From Octopus sinensis (Eukaryota), in the NCBI RefSeq assembly GCF_006345805.1, contig NC_043001.1:119350001-119414000 (forward strand): DNA of 64,000 nucleotides, given 5' to 3'. The notes beneath the pieces were generated by a model. The model saw only the letters and a program-made list of their open reading frames with translations. It ran no database searches and was not told where the DNA came from. How positions within the stretch are numbered: position 1 is the stretch's first letter; each line of letters opens with the position of its first letter. The translations under genes were made by a program, and so were the position numbers. Shown piece after piece: positions 12,411 through 26,714 of this stretch.

Positions 12411-12693
12411 ATATGTGTGTGGTGTGTGTGTGTGTGTGTGTGTGTATGCGTGCGTGTGTGTGCGTGTGTGTGTGTGTGTGTATTTGTGTGTCTGTATTTG
12501 TCCTCACGCCATCGCTTGACAACCAACATTGGTGTGTTTACGTCCCCGTAACTTAGCGGTTCGGCAGAAGAGACCGATAGAATAAGTACTAGGCTTACAA
12601 GGAAAAAGTCCCGAGGACGATTTGTTCGACTAAAGACGGTGCTCTAGCATGGCTGCAGTCAAATTACTGAAGCAAGTAAAAGAATAAAAGAAT
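12205..12693 (+). mobile_element. SINE family B, near full length with internal (TA)n(TG)n
   Basis: Head, core and tail all present. Confidence 0.92.
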
Positions 12694-12704
12694 ATATGTA
12701 AGCA

Positions 12705-12786
<82 letters not shown>

Positions 12787-12833
12787 ATCTATCTATCTAT
12801 CTATATATCTATCTATCTATCTATATCTATCTA

Positions 12834-12899
<66 letters not shown>

Positions 12900-13569
12900 G
12901 ATATATGTATGTACGTGTACACATACATACACAACACATATCCAGAGCTATATTCCACTTCGATGTTAACTTCGAGATCCAAAGATGTACAAGTGTATTA
13001 TTGTGCTTTTCAGTGAGAGTAACTGTGCATGTGTATACTGTGTGGGAGTATATCTATTGGTCGTGTTTACGTAGTTGAACGAATGCTTGCGCTTCTATAT
13101 GTGTGTGCTGGTACTAGTTTCCATGTGTATGTCTGTGTTTGTAATCCTCTGTGTCTGTGTGTTTGTGTGTGTGTCTGTGTGTACACGCTTTTGTGTGCTA
13201 GTATAGCCCTACCTGAAGAGACAGTAGGGAAAAACAAAAAGGCAAAGACAAGCAGAAACAAAATAACAAAGATATGAGAAGATTGAAGGCTAAAGGTGTC
13301 TAGAAATCTTAGAGCTACTCATGGCGTGATTTGCCAGACTTTATAACCAGAGATGTTAGCTTTGTTATGGAGACGATCAATAATTTTATAGACTGCAACT
13401 TTATGTTGCAAACGTTTGATCACGTTAGTGGCTTGTTTGGATTGAAATCAACAATTGATTGATAATATTGTAATATACAGTTGCAGGAGAAGGAGGGGCA
13501 GAAACAACAAAAATAACAACAATAGTAACTGCAACAACAACAATAATTATAACAACAACAGCTCCAACA

Positions 13570-13790
13570 ATTCATCAGCCTCTATGTGGTTGCTCGACCT
13601 GCTAGAAATATCTGCTAAAAACCCAATTAGATAATACCCTACCCTCATACAATGGGTAGGGTACATTGGACAAGAAAAATGATACAGGAAAAATATATAA
13701 AACAGTCAAACCTGAATCGACTTCGCCATGAATCTGGTCAGTCAATACTGCTCAAAATGCTAAACAACAACAACAACGACGATGGCGCAT
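13570..13790 (+). mobile_element. Old interspersed repeat family D (LINE-3'-end-like, ends gctaaacaacaac)
   Basis: Diverged similarity to 47560-47700(-), 48060-48180(-), 58760-58835(+), 60010-60160(-) and 62600-62850(-). Confidence 0.5.
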
Positions 13791-13803
13791 ACAGCAACTG
13801 CCA

Positions 13804-14015
13804 GTGGAGGCTCAATGGCCGAGTGGTGAGGGGCAGCGGTCTCGAGGTCGTAAGAACGCGGTTTCGATTCCCAGACCGGGCATTGTAAGTGTTTATGGAG
13901 CCAAAACACCTAAGCTCCACGAGGCTCCAGTGGGTGGGGGGAGCTGAACCCCGCTATACTCTTTCACCACAACTTTCACTCTTTCCTCATACTTCTGCCA
14001 CAAAGCAGAGGAACC
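13804..14015 (+). mobile_element. tRNA-derived SINE family C, diverged
   Basis: tggccgagtgg A box, gtttcgattc B box; body aaacacctaagctccacg...ccacaactttc shared with 62292-62600. Confidence 0.85.
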
Positions 14016-14620
14016 ATGGTGTAACCCACTATGGTGTAGTAAGCATTCAAAACCTAGTCTAGATTGCGAATACTCTGTACCCCCAGGATGGTTCAGCTCT
14101 CCACCCGTTAAAAGACACATTTTACGGAATGAGAATAACAACGTAGCTTTCGCGCCCGTGCAACCACCAGTCTATAGCGTGTGGTGGGTGGATCTTGCGA
14201 GATCCATGGAAATTCTGCGTTTTATAAATTTTCCTCCTATTTTGATGTTTGAATTTATCGAACTTTTAAATATAGTTTTATTATACTTAAATTATGTTTA
14301 TTTCTCACATGTAGACTTTATTCTTGAGCCTCGTCGTGAAAGATTTTAGCTTATATTATAGTATATGTGACTGAGTGTTCCTTAGGCAAAAATCAATGTG
14401 ACCATGTAATATGAGAGAACTCCGGTCACCTGAATTTTTGCTATTGTCCACTCGAAAAGATCCTGCGCAAGTTATGCGAACTAAAGCTTTGGGCAACCCC
14501 AAAGCTATGGTAGAGAAATATTTCCCTCAAATGCCAAGTTGTGAGATCCAACGTGCTACCATATAATTCCAAAGTGACTTCTTAAACAGACATTCATACT
14601 TTAAATTACATAGACCAAAA

Positions 14621-14830
14621 GGCGGGGAGCTGGCAGCATCATTAGCATATCGGAGAAAATGCTTAGCAACATTTCTTCCGGCTTTGCCTGCAGAGTTCAA
14701 ATTCTACTGAGGTTCACTTTGCTTTCACTCTTTCGTGGGAGTCAATAAATTATGTGCCAGTCAAGAACTGGTGTCGATGTAATTCCCCAGTCCACCCCAC
14801 CAAAATTTGAGGCCTTGTGCCGAAAGTAGA
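14621..14830 (+). mobile_element. SINE family A
   Basis: ggcggggagctggcagcatc...gagttcaaattc...ggccttgtgcc. Confidence 0.85.
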
Positions 14831-14949
14831 AAAAAATTACTTAGATCACAATGTACAACATACATTACAAAGCAATTACGCATGCTCCACTACACTTCAT
14901 TCCATAACATGAATGATCTTGAATACACTATAATCCATCATATGCAGAT

Positions 14950-15088
14950 TGGTTTCAAATTTTGGCCAGTGCTCAACTAGTACTTGCTTTATCGACCCCG
15001 AAATGATAAAGGGTAAAGTCAACCTCGGCGAAATTTGAACTCAGAAACTAAGCATTTTGCCCAGCGTTCTAACGATTCTATTGCCTTA
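14950..15088 (-). mobile_element. SINE family A with internal deletions
   Basis: ttatcgaccccgaaatgataaagggtaaagtcaacctcggcgaaatttgaactcag is the reverse complement of the family A core. Confidence 0.85.
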
Positions 15089-15105
15089 TTCCATTACATA
15101 CATAT

Positions 15106-15178
<73 letters not shown>

Positions 15179-15781
15179 TGTATTTATGTATGTATATATG
15201 TATATATATATACACCAAGGCATTATTTAATCTACAACAGATTACATTCACTACAGAATCTTGCATTCTGTACAATACACTACATTATATTAGATTCAGT
15301 AGAGTGCGCAACATACACTAGATACTACTTTGGGTAATACTATTATGCAATCATGTTATACACACTAAACCATATAGTATGAAATATGCTACATTTCAAT
15401 ATCATACGTGCTCTACATTACACTATGCTGCGTTACGTATATACACTTCAATATATTCTATACACTGCATCCATCCACTACATATGCTACAATACACTCG
15501 ACTTTTCAAGGAATTGCAAACACCACAAAAACAAGATGAAATAAAAAATGACTGCTATAATATATCAAGGTTGTCACACTTCAATATTCTATCTATCTCC
15601 ATCACATAAATCTGTTTTAAACAACAGCAACAACAGCAGCAACATCAATAACAACAACAGCAACAACAACAACGCCAACAGCAGCAGCAGCAGCAGCAGT
15701 AGCGAAACCACATGTAGCAGTAACAGAGCTAGCAACGGTAACGATACCAACATCAAGACCACCACCACTACCACCATCATC

Positions 15782-15821
<40 letters not shown>

Positions 15822-16338
15822 CCTACAACAACATCAACCACAACAACGTTAACATATTAAAACAGCTGTTGTGGTTTTCCAGCTTTTCCTATAAAAACCT
15901 TTTAAGAAAGCTCTCGCCTTCTCCCTGCAAAATCTCATCTTCTCTCTACATCTTCCCCATCAAAATGTCATCGAATTTCTTATCTGTAAGAAACAAAACA
16001 ACTAAGTATGTGTTTTATAAATATGGCTGTTTTGTGTGTGTGCGTGCAACAATGTTGTCTAGACTGTGTCTATGGGAATGATCTGCTTTTGTGCACTGTT
16101 TGTGATGTGTAGCATGTGAGTTTATAACTGTGTTTATACAGAATTACACAGACACAACCACGCACACACATGCACGCAACACATCCATACACACACACAC
16201 ATAAATTATGACGGCTGTCGTCTACTGTTTTGATTGGGTATGTGCATGTGTGTGTGTAAATTTATGTGTGTAGGATGTATGTGCATGTGATCTATATGTG
16301 CATATATATACATACATACGTATATATATATATATATG

Positions 16339-16382
<44 letters not shown>

Positions 16383-16474
16383 CATATATATATGTGCATA
16401 TATATACATACATACGTATATGTACGTATGTATATATATGTGTGCGTGTATGTATATATATATATATATATGTA

Positions 16475-16547
16475 ACGGGAAGCTTTATGAAAATAAACAA
16501 AAGACGAAGGCAGGTGGAAAACAAACGAACAATTGTATTAGTATGGC

Positions 16548-16550
<3 letters not shown>
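16475..16550 (-). mobile_element. Family 3 fragment (3' end only)
   Basis: gggaagctttatgaaaataaacaaaagacgaaggcaggtgg is near-identical to 33584-33625; (TA)n on both sides. Confidence 0.8.
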
Positions 16551-16625
<75 letters not shown>

Positions 16626-16822
16626 TGTGTGTGTATGTATGTATATGTATATGTACAGATATATTTATGTGTGCATGCTGGAATCTGTATTTATATATTT
16701 ATCCATATGCATGTATATATGTATAGGTGTGTATTTATGTGTATCTTTATATGTATATTTATACATGTGTACGAATATATGTATATATATATATGTGTGT
16801 GTGCGTGTGTATGTGGCGTATA

Positions 16823-16855
<33 letters not shown>

Positions 16856-17387
16856 ATATTCACACACGCATACATATATTCAGATATATTATATATATAT
16901 ATTTGAATACACACACACACACACATATATATGTGTATGTATATATACATAAATGCATGCATACATACACACATATATATATATATATGTATATATATAC
17001 ATGCATACATACATACATACATACATACATACATACATACATACATACATACATACATACATACATACATACATACATACACACATACATATAACATATT
17101 GATTAAATGTCGAAATCTATAATATAACCTTTGTATCAAAATGAGGCATTGCTTAAGATAAAAAAGCACCAAAAAATACAAACGTAAAACTACAAATTCT
17201 AAAGTATATATTCGCTATGTTTCTATCATCGACATTTTTACTAAAATATAATATCAAGCTTTGCTTTTTGATTGTTAGTTACTTTTATATAATTTATACC
17301 TTATATTTTCAATAATATTTTAAGCATTGTAATTTTTAGGTTTATTTAACACATTTATATATGAATGTATTTATATATTCTTTGTAG

Positions 17388-17465
17388 ATCGGCTGCTGGA
17401 AAACAACGTGGAAATACAAAGGATAAGCAACTCTAGGCCAAAGAGAAAAGTCCACCCCTTAAATT
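17388..17465 (+). other. Candidate internal exon (78 nt; only open frame is phase 1, RLLENNVEIQRISNSRPKEKSPPLN)
   Basis: tctttgtag acceptor, gtgagt donor, length divisible by 3, unique sequence. Confidence 0.45.
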
Positions 17466-17504
17466 GTGAGTAAATTCAGAGTTTTTTTTTGTTATTGAAA
17501 TAGC

Positions 17505-17544
<40 letters not shown>

Positions 17545-19859
17545 CTTCTTGCGTATGTCACAAACGTTAGCTATTGAAACAATTAATTCAAACGTTTATG
17601 CGACATGCATAATCACATGTCGTGCGGACGAAGACCAAGTTAGATGTTAAAATAGATTTTTACAGTAATGTATGGAAAGCACGAACAGTATCACACACAC
17701 ACACACACACACTTATACATACGTATGCATATATATATGTATTATATATACATGTTTGTTTTTATATTCATGCACATATACGTACAAACGCACGCGAGAA
17801 CACTCACCTGCCATACATGTGTGCATGAGTATATAGGCATATATGTATATATATACACACACACATGCATATATATATGAATGTGAGTGTGTGTATGTGT
17901 GCGTGTGCGTGAATTTATGTACGTATGTATAAAACAAAGTTATTTTTATTCCACACGGGTAGAAATATAGAAAGGAGAAGCTGAAAATGCACCAGAATTC
18001 GCTTAGATTTTTGGGGATTTAAAAATTTTTAAAGACAACCTGTCTCACAGATTTCTTTCATTTTCAAAAGTTGGAATAGAAAGACATGGAACTATGCCGC
18101 AACTGTTTTACTTCTGAGTGGATTCAAAAATTCTTTTGTTTTTTGGCGAGAATGTGACCCAAATTAGTAATCTGTTTTGGATAGGATTTGATGAGATAAG
18201 GATGATCATATTTATAAGGTTTAGAAATTTTCGAAAGTTCGCCCGCTACGTTCGTGTTTTAACAGTAATTGATATGTTTGGCGCCATAAGTTAAAGTGAC
18301 ACTCCCAATAAATGCTCTCTGTATTTAATCTATAACGTGTGGTAGAAGATGATCACATGATTAAATTTGGAAAGTTTTGTAAGTTACCCGCTAGGTCCGT
18401 GCGTTAATATTATGTAAGAATATTTTTTGCACCGAAAACTAAAGCTAAAACAGTTTAGTTAATGTGTCCAGTGACAGTCTCAAACTATGAATTGGTAGAG
18501 TGAATTGTAGTTGTTTCTATGTAACCCAGTGGCTCAAGATTCTTATGTATCTATGTGCGCGGGCACAAAATTTTCTCTGCCAAATTTCTGCGTTAGTGTC
18601 ATACGGGAAATGTTATGATTGTGACCAAAAGTGTAGGTTGCTAGCTGTAAAAATTCAACGTGTTGAGTGACACTATGAGTTTGTGTGTGAATAGTTGTTG
18701 GTGAATGTACTTTGTTTAAAGTTTATTCAATCTTGGTTTGTATTTTTGCATAAATATATTCTCTGTTTTCATCCGTGCTTAGTCAGCGGTATTGACTGAA
18801 CAAAGGTAAAGTGAAAAGTCTGAGAATTTGGGAGACTTATGTTTTTCATATATGTTTATGTCCACTGAATGGCATCTGTCTAATACTGGGTTCTTGTATT
18901 TGTTCACGATGAACAGTTAATTTATTTCTCAGAGATCGTCTTGTTTGATCTATTACATCCTTTACAGTTAATAGCATATATTAAAGTTTTTGACGAACAG
19001 ATAAAATGTTTCTTTTTATTGTAAACATCTATCCAGGTTTAAATTCATATTCTTTGTCTTCAATGAGGTTGGTGCAAATCCCGCGATTAGAGCGGGTGAA
19101 TGCTTTTGACTGTTTGTGTGGCGTTTGTGAAGGGTAGGTTAGCGCTAGTGAGTAGTTTTGTGAGGGATCTTGACTGTTTATTTGCTTTCGGTTATTTGGT
19201 GTATTTCGTGAGGAACAGCAACTGTAGCAACAACAAAAGTTTATATAGCAGCATGTTGTGTGTTTGTTTTTAATTGGTGTAAAAATTCTTTCACGACGTA
19301 ATTGCTTCCCATTCAATAAACGATCCTCAGTCAACTGACATACAAATATCGTTCAGATAATTTTAGATCCAAATTAATTCCTCTTGTTGCTGTTACTGCT
19401 TCTGCTTCTGGTTATTGTTGCTTAACCCCAGCTCAGTATCATCGCTGATGGATCAACTGTGTTAATCTACACAAAATTCTTAATTTACAGTTAACATGCA
19501 TTGAATTCCTTATATCCTTCCACCTTTGTCATAAATAAAACTTACCCAAAGTTATTGTATGTGTGTGATTGTGTGTTCGCCAGCGTGTGTGTCTACATGG
19601 AAATGCACGACGGTTGCCATCTACACATTCATCTTTCATATATTAATGTGTTGAAGACTCCTTCAGTGTAGCGACAGAGTGAGCCCTTATATCGTCATAT
19701 TTGAATAGTCAAACTCTCTCTCTTTCTCTCTCTCTCTCTCTCCCTTTCCTTCTTCTATCACTCTGTGTCTCTCACAAAACCCAACCAACCAGCCCCCACA
19801 CACACATATACACAGAGAGAAATTAATCGATAGAGCGACAGACAGACAGATAGACAAAC

Positions 19860-19927
<68 letters not shown>

Positions 19928-19939
19928 CGATAGACAGAC

Positions 19940-20021
<82 letters not shown>

Positions 20022-20789
20022 CTTCATTCATGGCTGATTGCCTGGAGATTGATTCACAGTGGGACACTAAGTAACGTGAGGTAAAATAGCCCAGTAAGTT
20101 TACCTAAAATATTGAGTTCTCTCTTCGATCATAAATTTATCTTGCATGTAGAATTATATAATGCATATTAATAACTTTTGTGCTCAAATTACAAACGTAT
20201 GCTACTCTGTCACGTAATTTCATAATCATGAAAACATACAACAGTATTGCAAGGCCAAAACTCCATCTATTAGACCTACACACGTATGTGTGTGCGGGTA
20301 CGTGTGTATGCGTGTATGTGAGAGACAAAGAGAGAGAGAGAGAGAAAGAGAAAGAGAGCATAAGTGTGTGTGTGTATGCATGTGTTTGTTGTAAAATAGA
20401 TTTTATAAGTATACCATATTAGCATGCATACAACCTATAAAGTCTCCATTTCAAGCTGAAAAATCAATTGCATTTTCTCTAAAAGTACGGTGAAAGGATT
20501 TTACGTAAAATAACACAGAACTCTAAAATTGAATGATTTCGTGATGGATAAAATAATTCTGACAGACATTTATGAAAACATTTTAGGTCTCTGGGCCACC
20601 AATAATATTTATAGCTACATCAGACAGACATCAACAGATTTAGATCGACGCTATACTATGCATTTAGAGCAGCAGTGAAAATATAATAATAAAAAGAAAA
20701 AAAGAATTTTAAAATGCTCAACATACAGAATAAAGCGTATTTTTTCAAATAACGAGATTAGACAGATAAATGCTTCAAGGCAAAGTCAA

Positions 20790-21186
<397 letters not shown>

Positions 21187-21188
21187 CA

Positions 21189-22597
21189 TTTGTTTTATAT
21201 GGACGATCTGAAGCTGTTTGCTAGAAATGACTAAAAACTAGTTAGGCTGCTAACAACTGTTAAAGAGTTTAGCAATGACATCGGAATGTATTTTGTCCTC
21301 GATAAGTGTGCTAAAGCAACTTATGTAAGTAGCGAGCTCAGACAAACAGCTTTCATTAAATTAGATACCAACGCTACCAGCAAGGAACTTGACCCACAAG
21401 AACGTTATGAATACCTGGGAATAGACAAGACACTGAAAACTGAACGTAATTGGGAAAATCACATCGAAGCCATTAACACCTTGGTACTCCCAGTAGCCTA
21501 ATACACTTTTAACATCATTAAGTGGAATCCTATGGAGCTCCAACGCCTGGAGAGGAAGACAAGAAAATTATTCACATTAAAGAACATGCACCACCCAAAA
21601 GCAGACTTCCGCAATAGCAGAGCAGGCACTTATCTAGTACAGAGGACTAGCTGCTGCGCCTTGTGCGCAAACATGAAAGCAGCAAAAAGCCACATTCTAT
21701 TGGCAAGGGAACTTGGCATTAACCCTGAATTAGATGAAAAACCTGAGACCACTGCCACCAAACAAACAAAACGGATCAAGTGGACTACCAAAAAGAACGA
21801 GCAGAAACAAATTGAAGAGCAGTGGAACCAGAAGCCCCTGTATATCCGACAAAGTCGAAATGCAGATGTAGACCAAGCAACAACTCTGAAGTTCAGGACT
21901 GAAAGCAGAGGTTTAAGGTTTCATATCGGCGGCACTAGATAAAATCTTGCTTACCAAAAACTACCAGGTTAACGTTCTTCAAAACAGCTCTGACCCTAAA
22001 TTAAAATTCTGCGACTCATTTGACGCATCAAAAGACCATCTTGTTTCGGGATGTCCAATGGAATGCAAAAATCGCCACGATGGGACAGGACATTATTATA
22101 TTTAAAAATATGTAAACACTACAAAATCGGCACTTCTGCTTCCTGGTATGAACATCATCCTGAGTCAGTGGCTAAAGGTAAAAATGTCATCACCAATCCA
22201 GGTGAATCGACTAGACATAATTATGAAAGACAGAGAAGAAAATACTTGTAGCCTAATAGATGTAAGGGGTTCCACTCATAAAAATATATCTGTAAAAGAA
22301 TTTGACAAATATAAGGACATGGAAATTTAAATACAAAACCTGTGGTATCTTAAAACAAGAACTGTTTCTGTTATTGTAGGAGCCCTAGGTCTTTGCCTTT
22401 CATCCTTTCGGGATCGATAAATTAGGTACCAGTTACACACTGGGGTCGATATAATCGACTTAATCCGTCTGTCTGTCCTTGTGTGTCTCCTCTGTGTTTA
22501 GCCCCTTGTGGGTAGTAAAGAAATAGGTATGATAAAAAAAAAGGGATGTCAGAAATAACTAGACAATATCCCCAGGAGAACCATGTCTCAGAAAAAT
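21189..22597 (+). mobile_element. Decayed R4/Dong-clade non-LTR retrotransposon (RT C-terminal half, zinc-knuckle remnant, RLE endonuclease)
   Basis: YMDDLKLFA, DKCAKAT, YEYLGI, HHPKAD, DHLVSGC, WYEHHPE, NRLDII...CSLIDV, VIVGALG across several frames with stops. Confidence 0.9.
22391..22528 (+). mobile_element. 5'-truncated SINE family A inserted in the LINE
   Basis: tttgcctttcatcctttcgggatcgataaattaggtaccag...gaaatagg interrupts the VGALG|MIKK reading. Confidence 0.9.
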
Positions 22598-23092
22598 CCC
22601 AGCAAATATTCTGCTCAATACGACAGATTTGCTTGTCAGTTGTTTGACCTTAACTACTTGAGCATGACCCTTGGTGGCTGGACCTTAACCACTTGAGCAT
22701 GTCCCTTGGTGGCTGACGATGTGTTTATCACTGACAACGAACAGAAGAAATGGGGAGGCATCACAGCCATGTATTAAGAGAAATTCTTTGGAGTTTGAAT
22801 AATTTACATCTGAACACATGGGTATTTCATTCAACATCCTTAAACAATCCTTATTCAAGGACCATTTGAGTGGGGTGGGCTACTCGACCTGAAGAAAATT
22901 CTAACTGGGCTCCACCTTCAAGGTTATGCGCTGTTTATCTTGATTATGAGATCACGATGTCGCGCACATATGGCTGTGATGCGTGTGTCTGGAGTACCTT
23001 TATCAGACGAGTAGTCAAGATGGGTATACTGCGTTTCGTATATTTTACCCCAGTGTCACTTTGATGGTATACTCTACTCTGTCACACAATAC

Positions 23093-23156
<64 letters not shown>
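22598..23156 (+). mobile_element. (AAT)n-tailed non-coding retroelement (same family as 10426-10975)
   Basis: Alignable; internal 35-bp tandem duplication at 22646-22715; (AAT)n at 23091-23156. Confidence 0.85.
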
Positions 23157-23993
23157 CGGGGACGTTTAAGATGTGAGAACGATAAAACAGCGCTCCGAAA
23201 CCTATCCACAAACATCGAAAACAAAGACATCGTATGGAGCCAAAAATTTACTGACAAAGGATTGAACTATATCCGAGTAAGTAATACTCATTGAAATTTA
23301 TTACTATTTTCGAAACGAAATGATGTATTTTAACTCGATATCATCTCCACCTCTAACACAACACATGTAAACATGCGTGGAACATTACGATCTATCAACA
23401 CCAGATCATCCCCGACCCCAAACACCATGTACAAAAAAACTACGAAGAAATTAAATAACACCGATATTATTCAAACCAAGAATAACAATCGGGAAGTACA
23501 AACTTTAAACTTACAACACAAAATGTACGAAAAACTACATGTGCAAAACAATGTGACAACAGAAATGAACGGACCGGTACCCTACGAAAATGATGACCGT
23601 CAAAATAATGGGCCGGACGTTGTTCCTCATGTCCCGCAAATAAAACCCAAAAGACATAAATGGACACGTGAGGAATACATTTCTATCCTACAAGCTCACT
23701 TTACAGCAGTGCTCTACCCAAAGAATGAAAATACAACAACACATACATATAAAATATGGAAGGAAAATAACATAAATATAGACTTGGATACAGCAATGAA
23801 CCCTAATAAACTAGCTAACTTACAAACACATATAACATGCAGAAAATTGCACTACTAGGCACTGCACACATCCTACGCAGAACACTTTCCATAAAATAAC
23901 CATCATAGCATCACAACAAATCACAGCACATACCCAAGGCACACAGAGCTGCGCTCGGTAGTGAAGTGAAAGCACACTATAAAAATAAAACTA

Positions 23994-23996
<3 letters not shown>
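23157..23996 (+). mobile_element. R4/Dong-like element, internally deleted: 5' UTR and ORF N-terminus joined directly to the 3' end
   Basis: ORF from 23373 with KRHKWTREEY Myb-like motif. At about 23818 it jumps to the terminal KIALLGTAHILRRTLS segment and 3' UTR. (AAT)n on both flanks. Confidence 0.8.
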
Positions 23997-24036
<40 letters not shown>

Positions 24037-24041
<5 letters not shown>

Positions 24042-25134
24042 TAGCCATTAACAAAGTAGCACCAACAATCATAAAATTCATAGAGCACTCTATGAATAAA
24101 TGGCAAACAGTCCTACACCTCCAAACAAAAGAGGGACTCATGAAAACCAAAGACATCCCCATTAGAAGAGGAATATTCCAGGGAGACACGGTCTCTCCAC
24201 TCCTTTTCTGCTTGGCACTGTCACCCCTATCTGATATGCTAAATAGAACTGGATGCGGATATAAATGTTACGGCAAAACGATCAACCACCTTTTATATAT
24301 GGATGACCTAAAACTATACGCTGCAAATGACAAACAGCTGGAAACACTATTAAAGACAGTTCATGGATTTACCAAACAAATAGATATGAAATTTGGATTA
24401 GAAAAATGCGCCAAAGTAACCATGAAAAGACGAAAACTAGTTAAGAGTAACAACATCACACTAGATAAAACCAATGAAATAAAAGAATTAGACCAAAGCC
24501 AAACTTACAAATACTTAGGAATCCATGAACTAGATAAGACACAACACACACAAATGAAAGAGAAAATAAAAAAAGAATATTATAGACGAGTTGGATCAAT
24601 ACTAAAAACAGAGCTCAATGCTAAAAACAAGATAATAGGTATCAACACTTTAGCTGTCCCAGTTATAAGTTACAGCTACAATATCCTTAACTGGACACGA
24701 AATGAACTGTCCAAAATAGATAGGAAAACAAGAAAAATACTGACAGGATCTAGGATGCATCACCCAAAATCTGACATAGAAAGACTATATATACAACGTA
24801 TAGAAGGTGGTAGAGGCCTTATACAGCTGGAAAACTACTATAAAATAACCACCATAGGACTGCAAAAATACCTACTTCAGAAGGAAGGAAAACTGATCCA
24901 GATAGCAGCAAAACAAAAAACTGTTCTCAGTATTTAAGGAAGCTGACAAATACAAACAAGAAATCATACCACCTAATAAACACAAAGAAGAAGAAGAAGG
25001 CACTGCACACATCCTACGCAGAACACTTTCCATACAATAACCATCAGAGCATCACAACAAATCACAGCACATACCCAAGGCACACAGAGCTGCGCTCGGT
25101 AGTGAAGTGAAAGCACGCTATAAAAATAAAACTA

Positions 25135-25137
<3 letters not shown>
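24037..25137 (+). mobile_element. R4/Dong-like element, 5'-truncated, endonuclease region deleted
   Basis: RT ORF followed at 24999 by the same 3' end as 23850-23996; (AAT)n on both sides. Confidence 0.92.
24092..24937 (+). CDS. Reverse transcriptase fragment of R4/Dong-clade LINE
   Basis: RRGIFQGDTVSPLLF, HLLYMDDLKLYA, FGLEKC, YKYLGI, MHHPKSDIERLY, GGRGL; frame shifts near 24915. Confidence 0.92.
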   Translation: MNKWQTVLHLQTKEGLMKTKDIPIRRGIFQGDTVSPLLFCLALSPLSDMLNRTGCGYKCYGKTINHLLYMDDLKLYAANDKQLETLLKTVHGFTKQIDMKFGLEKCAKVTMKRRKLVKSNNITLDKTNEIKELDQSQTYKYLGIHELDKTQHTQMKEKIKKEYYRRVGSILKTELNAKNKIIGINTLAVPVISYSYNILNWTRNELSKIDRKTRKILTGSRMHHPKSDIERLYIQRIEGGRGLIQLENYYKITTIGLQKYLLQKEGKLIQIAAKQKTVLSI

Positions 25138-25194
<57 letters not shown>

Positions 25195-25212
25195 TATAAT
25201 AATAATAATAAT

Positions 25213-25284
<72 letters not shown>

Positions 25285-25867
25285 AGAAGATATGCATAAT
25301 TACGTGCATAGAATGCTTGGATTTAACTGGAAATTAGCTTAAAATTCGGTTTGGAGAACTGTGACAATGCTCCATTGAAGAGAAGGAAATGAAATGAATC
25401 GGTAATATTATTATGTCAGTGAAGGAAAGGGGGATAAAAGGAAAAGACCGAGATCGGTTTGACAAGCTCTAAGGAAATAATATAATAGACCCAGTACACG
25501 TATCACAGGGAAAATGTGTTAAGAAGGAATATCATCAAAGATATGCTACGATAAACTAATATCTATCAATATCCAAGCCGTTCTAGTAATCAGTTGCAGT
25601 TGCAAAAATTTCCTTGGAAGCTAAGTGAATCAGCAAGATTGGAAAACAAAGAGAGTAATGGTAGTACTTAGAGGAGACACGCAAAGATTATATTTACTGT
25701 GGACATAGACGAGTACAGACCTTCTGTTACAAGAAAATTATTAGAAAACAAGAGATGACATGCATATTTATTCTTAATATGTTCCGACAGTTTCGAACGC
25801 AAATCGCTGTTGCGTACGCGCAGGAGAGAAACTTTTGCTTCGTATGATGACAATGTGTACACAACAA

Positions 25868-26052
25868 TTTGACATACAAGGCCAACAGCTTTCCGGAACG
25901 GTGTAAGTCGATTAAATCGACACCAGTGCTTAGCTGGTACTTATTTTAGCAACTTCGAAAAGATGAAAGGTAAAGTTGAGCTCGAGGGAATTTGAAATCA
26001 GAACATAGCTACTGACAGAATGCTACTAAGCACTTAACGCAGCTCGCTGCCT
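25868..26052 (-). mobile_element. SINE family A, diverged
   Basis: Ends cagctcgctgcc; ggtacttatttt...gaatttgaaatcagaac. Confidence 0.8.
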
Positions 26053-26714
26053 TAACGGTGAACTACATATCATAAGCTGTTTAGCATAGGTTTAAAAAAT
26101 GCATCTAGTAAATAATAAACTGATAAAAGAAACTAAGAAAATATGAAAGAAATAAAACACTGGATGAGGTACCAAAAGTTGGGAACAAACAGTAATGAAA
26201 ATGACGGACTTACTGAATGTATTCAAAAGAGAAGCACATTTAAAATTCTAAGACATTGGTAAATTGTTCTATAGCAAACTATCGTCACTAACAGGCAAGG
26301 CCGAATGTGATATGAGAAAACCGCAAAACTAGATAAGAACCTTAATACAGAAACCTGAGTCCAACAGATTTGTTTTCTACTGAGAGACTCAAGCTTTACT
26401 ATAAAAGATGGTAAAACATACTCGAGGAAAATATAGAAAACAAGAGCAGCGTATGAATGTATGTATGTGTGTGTGTGTGTTTGGCTATAAAAGGATGGAT
26501 GATGTGTGAGCATAAACACACACACACACATATTTATGAGAGTGGGCAGGGGAGAGAAAGAGAGGGTTAAGTAATAAGTGTATATAACAAGACATGACCG
26601 GTTTCACATGCTGGACATTCTGCCAACACTTTAGGATATTCACAAAAAAACTGTTCGTACAAATTAACAACAATATGATGATGACGGGTAATGGTATGAT
26701 TCGCGACGGTGTTC

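Noticed and set aside
17960-18700. DNA-transposon remnant with internal diverged repeats (aaattt..gaaagtt...cccgcta)
   Set aside because: No TIRs, TSD or transposase evidence; boundaries cannot be defined.
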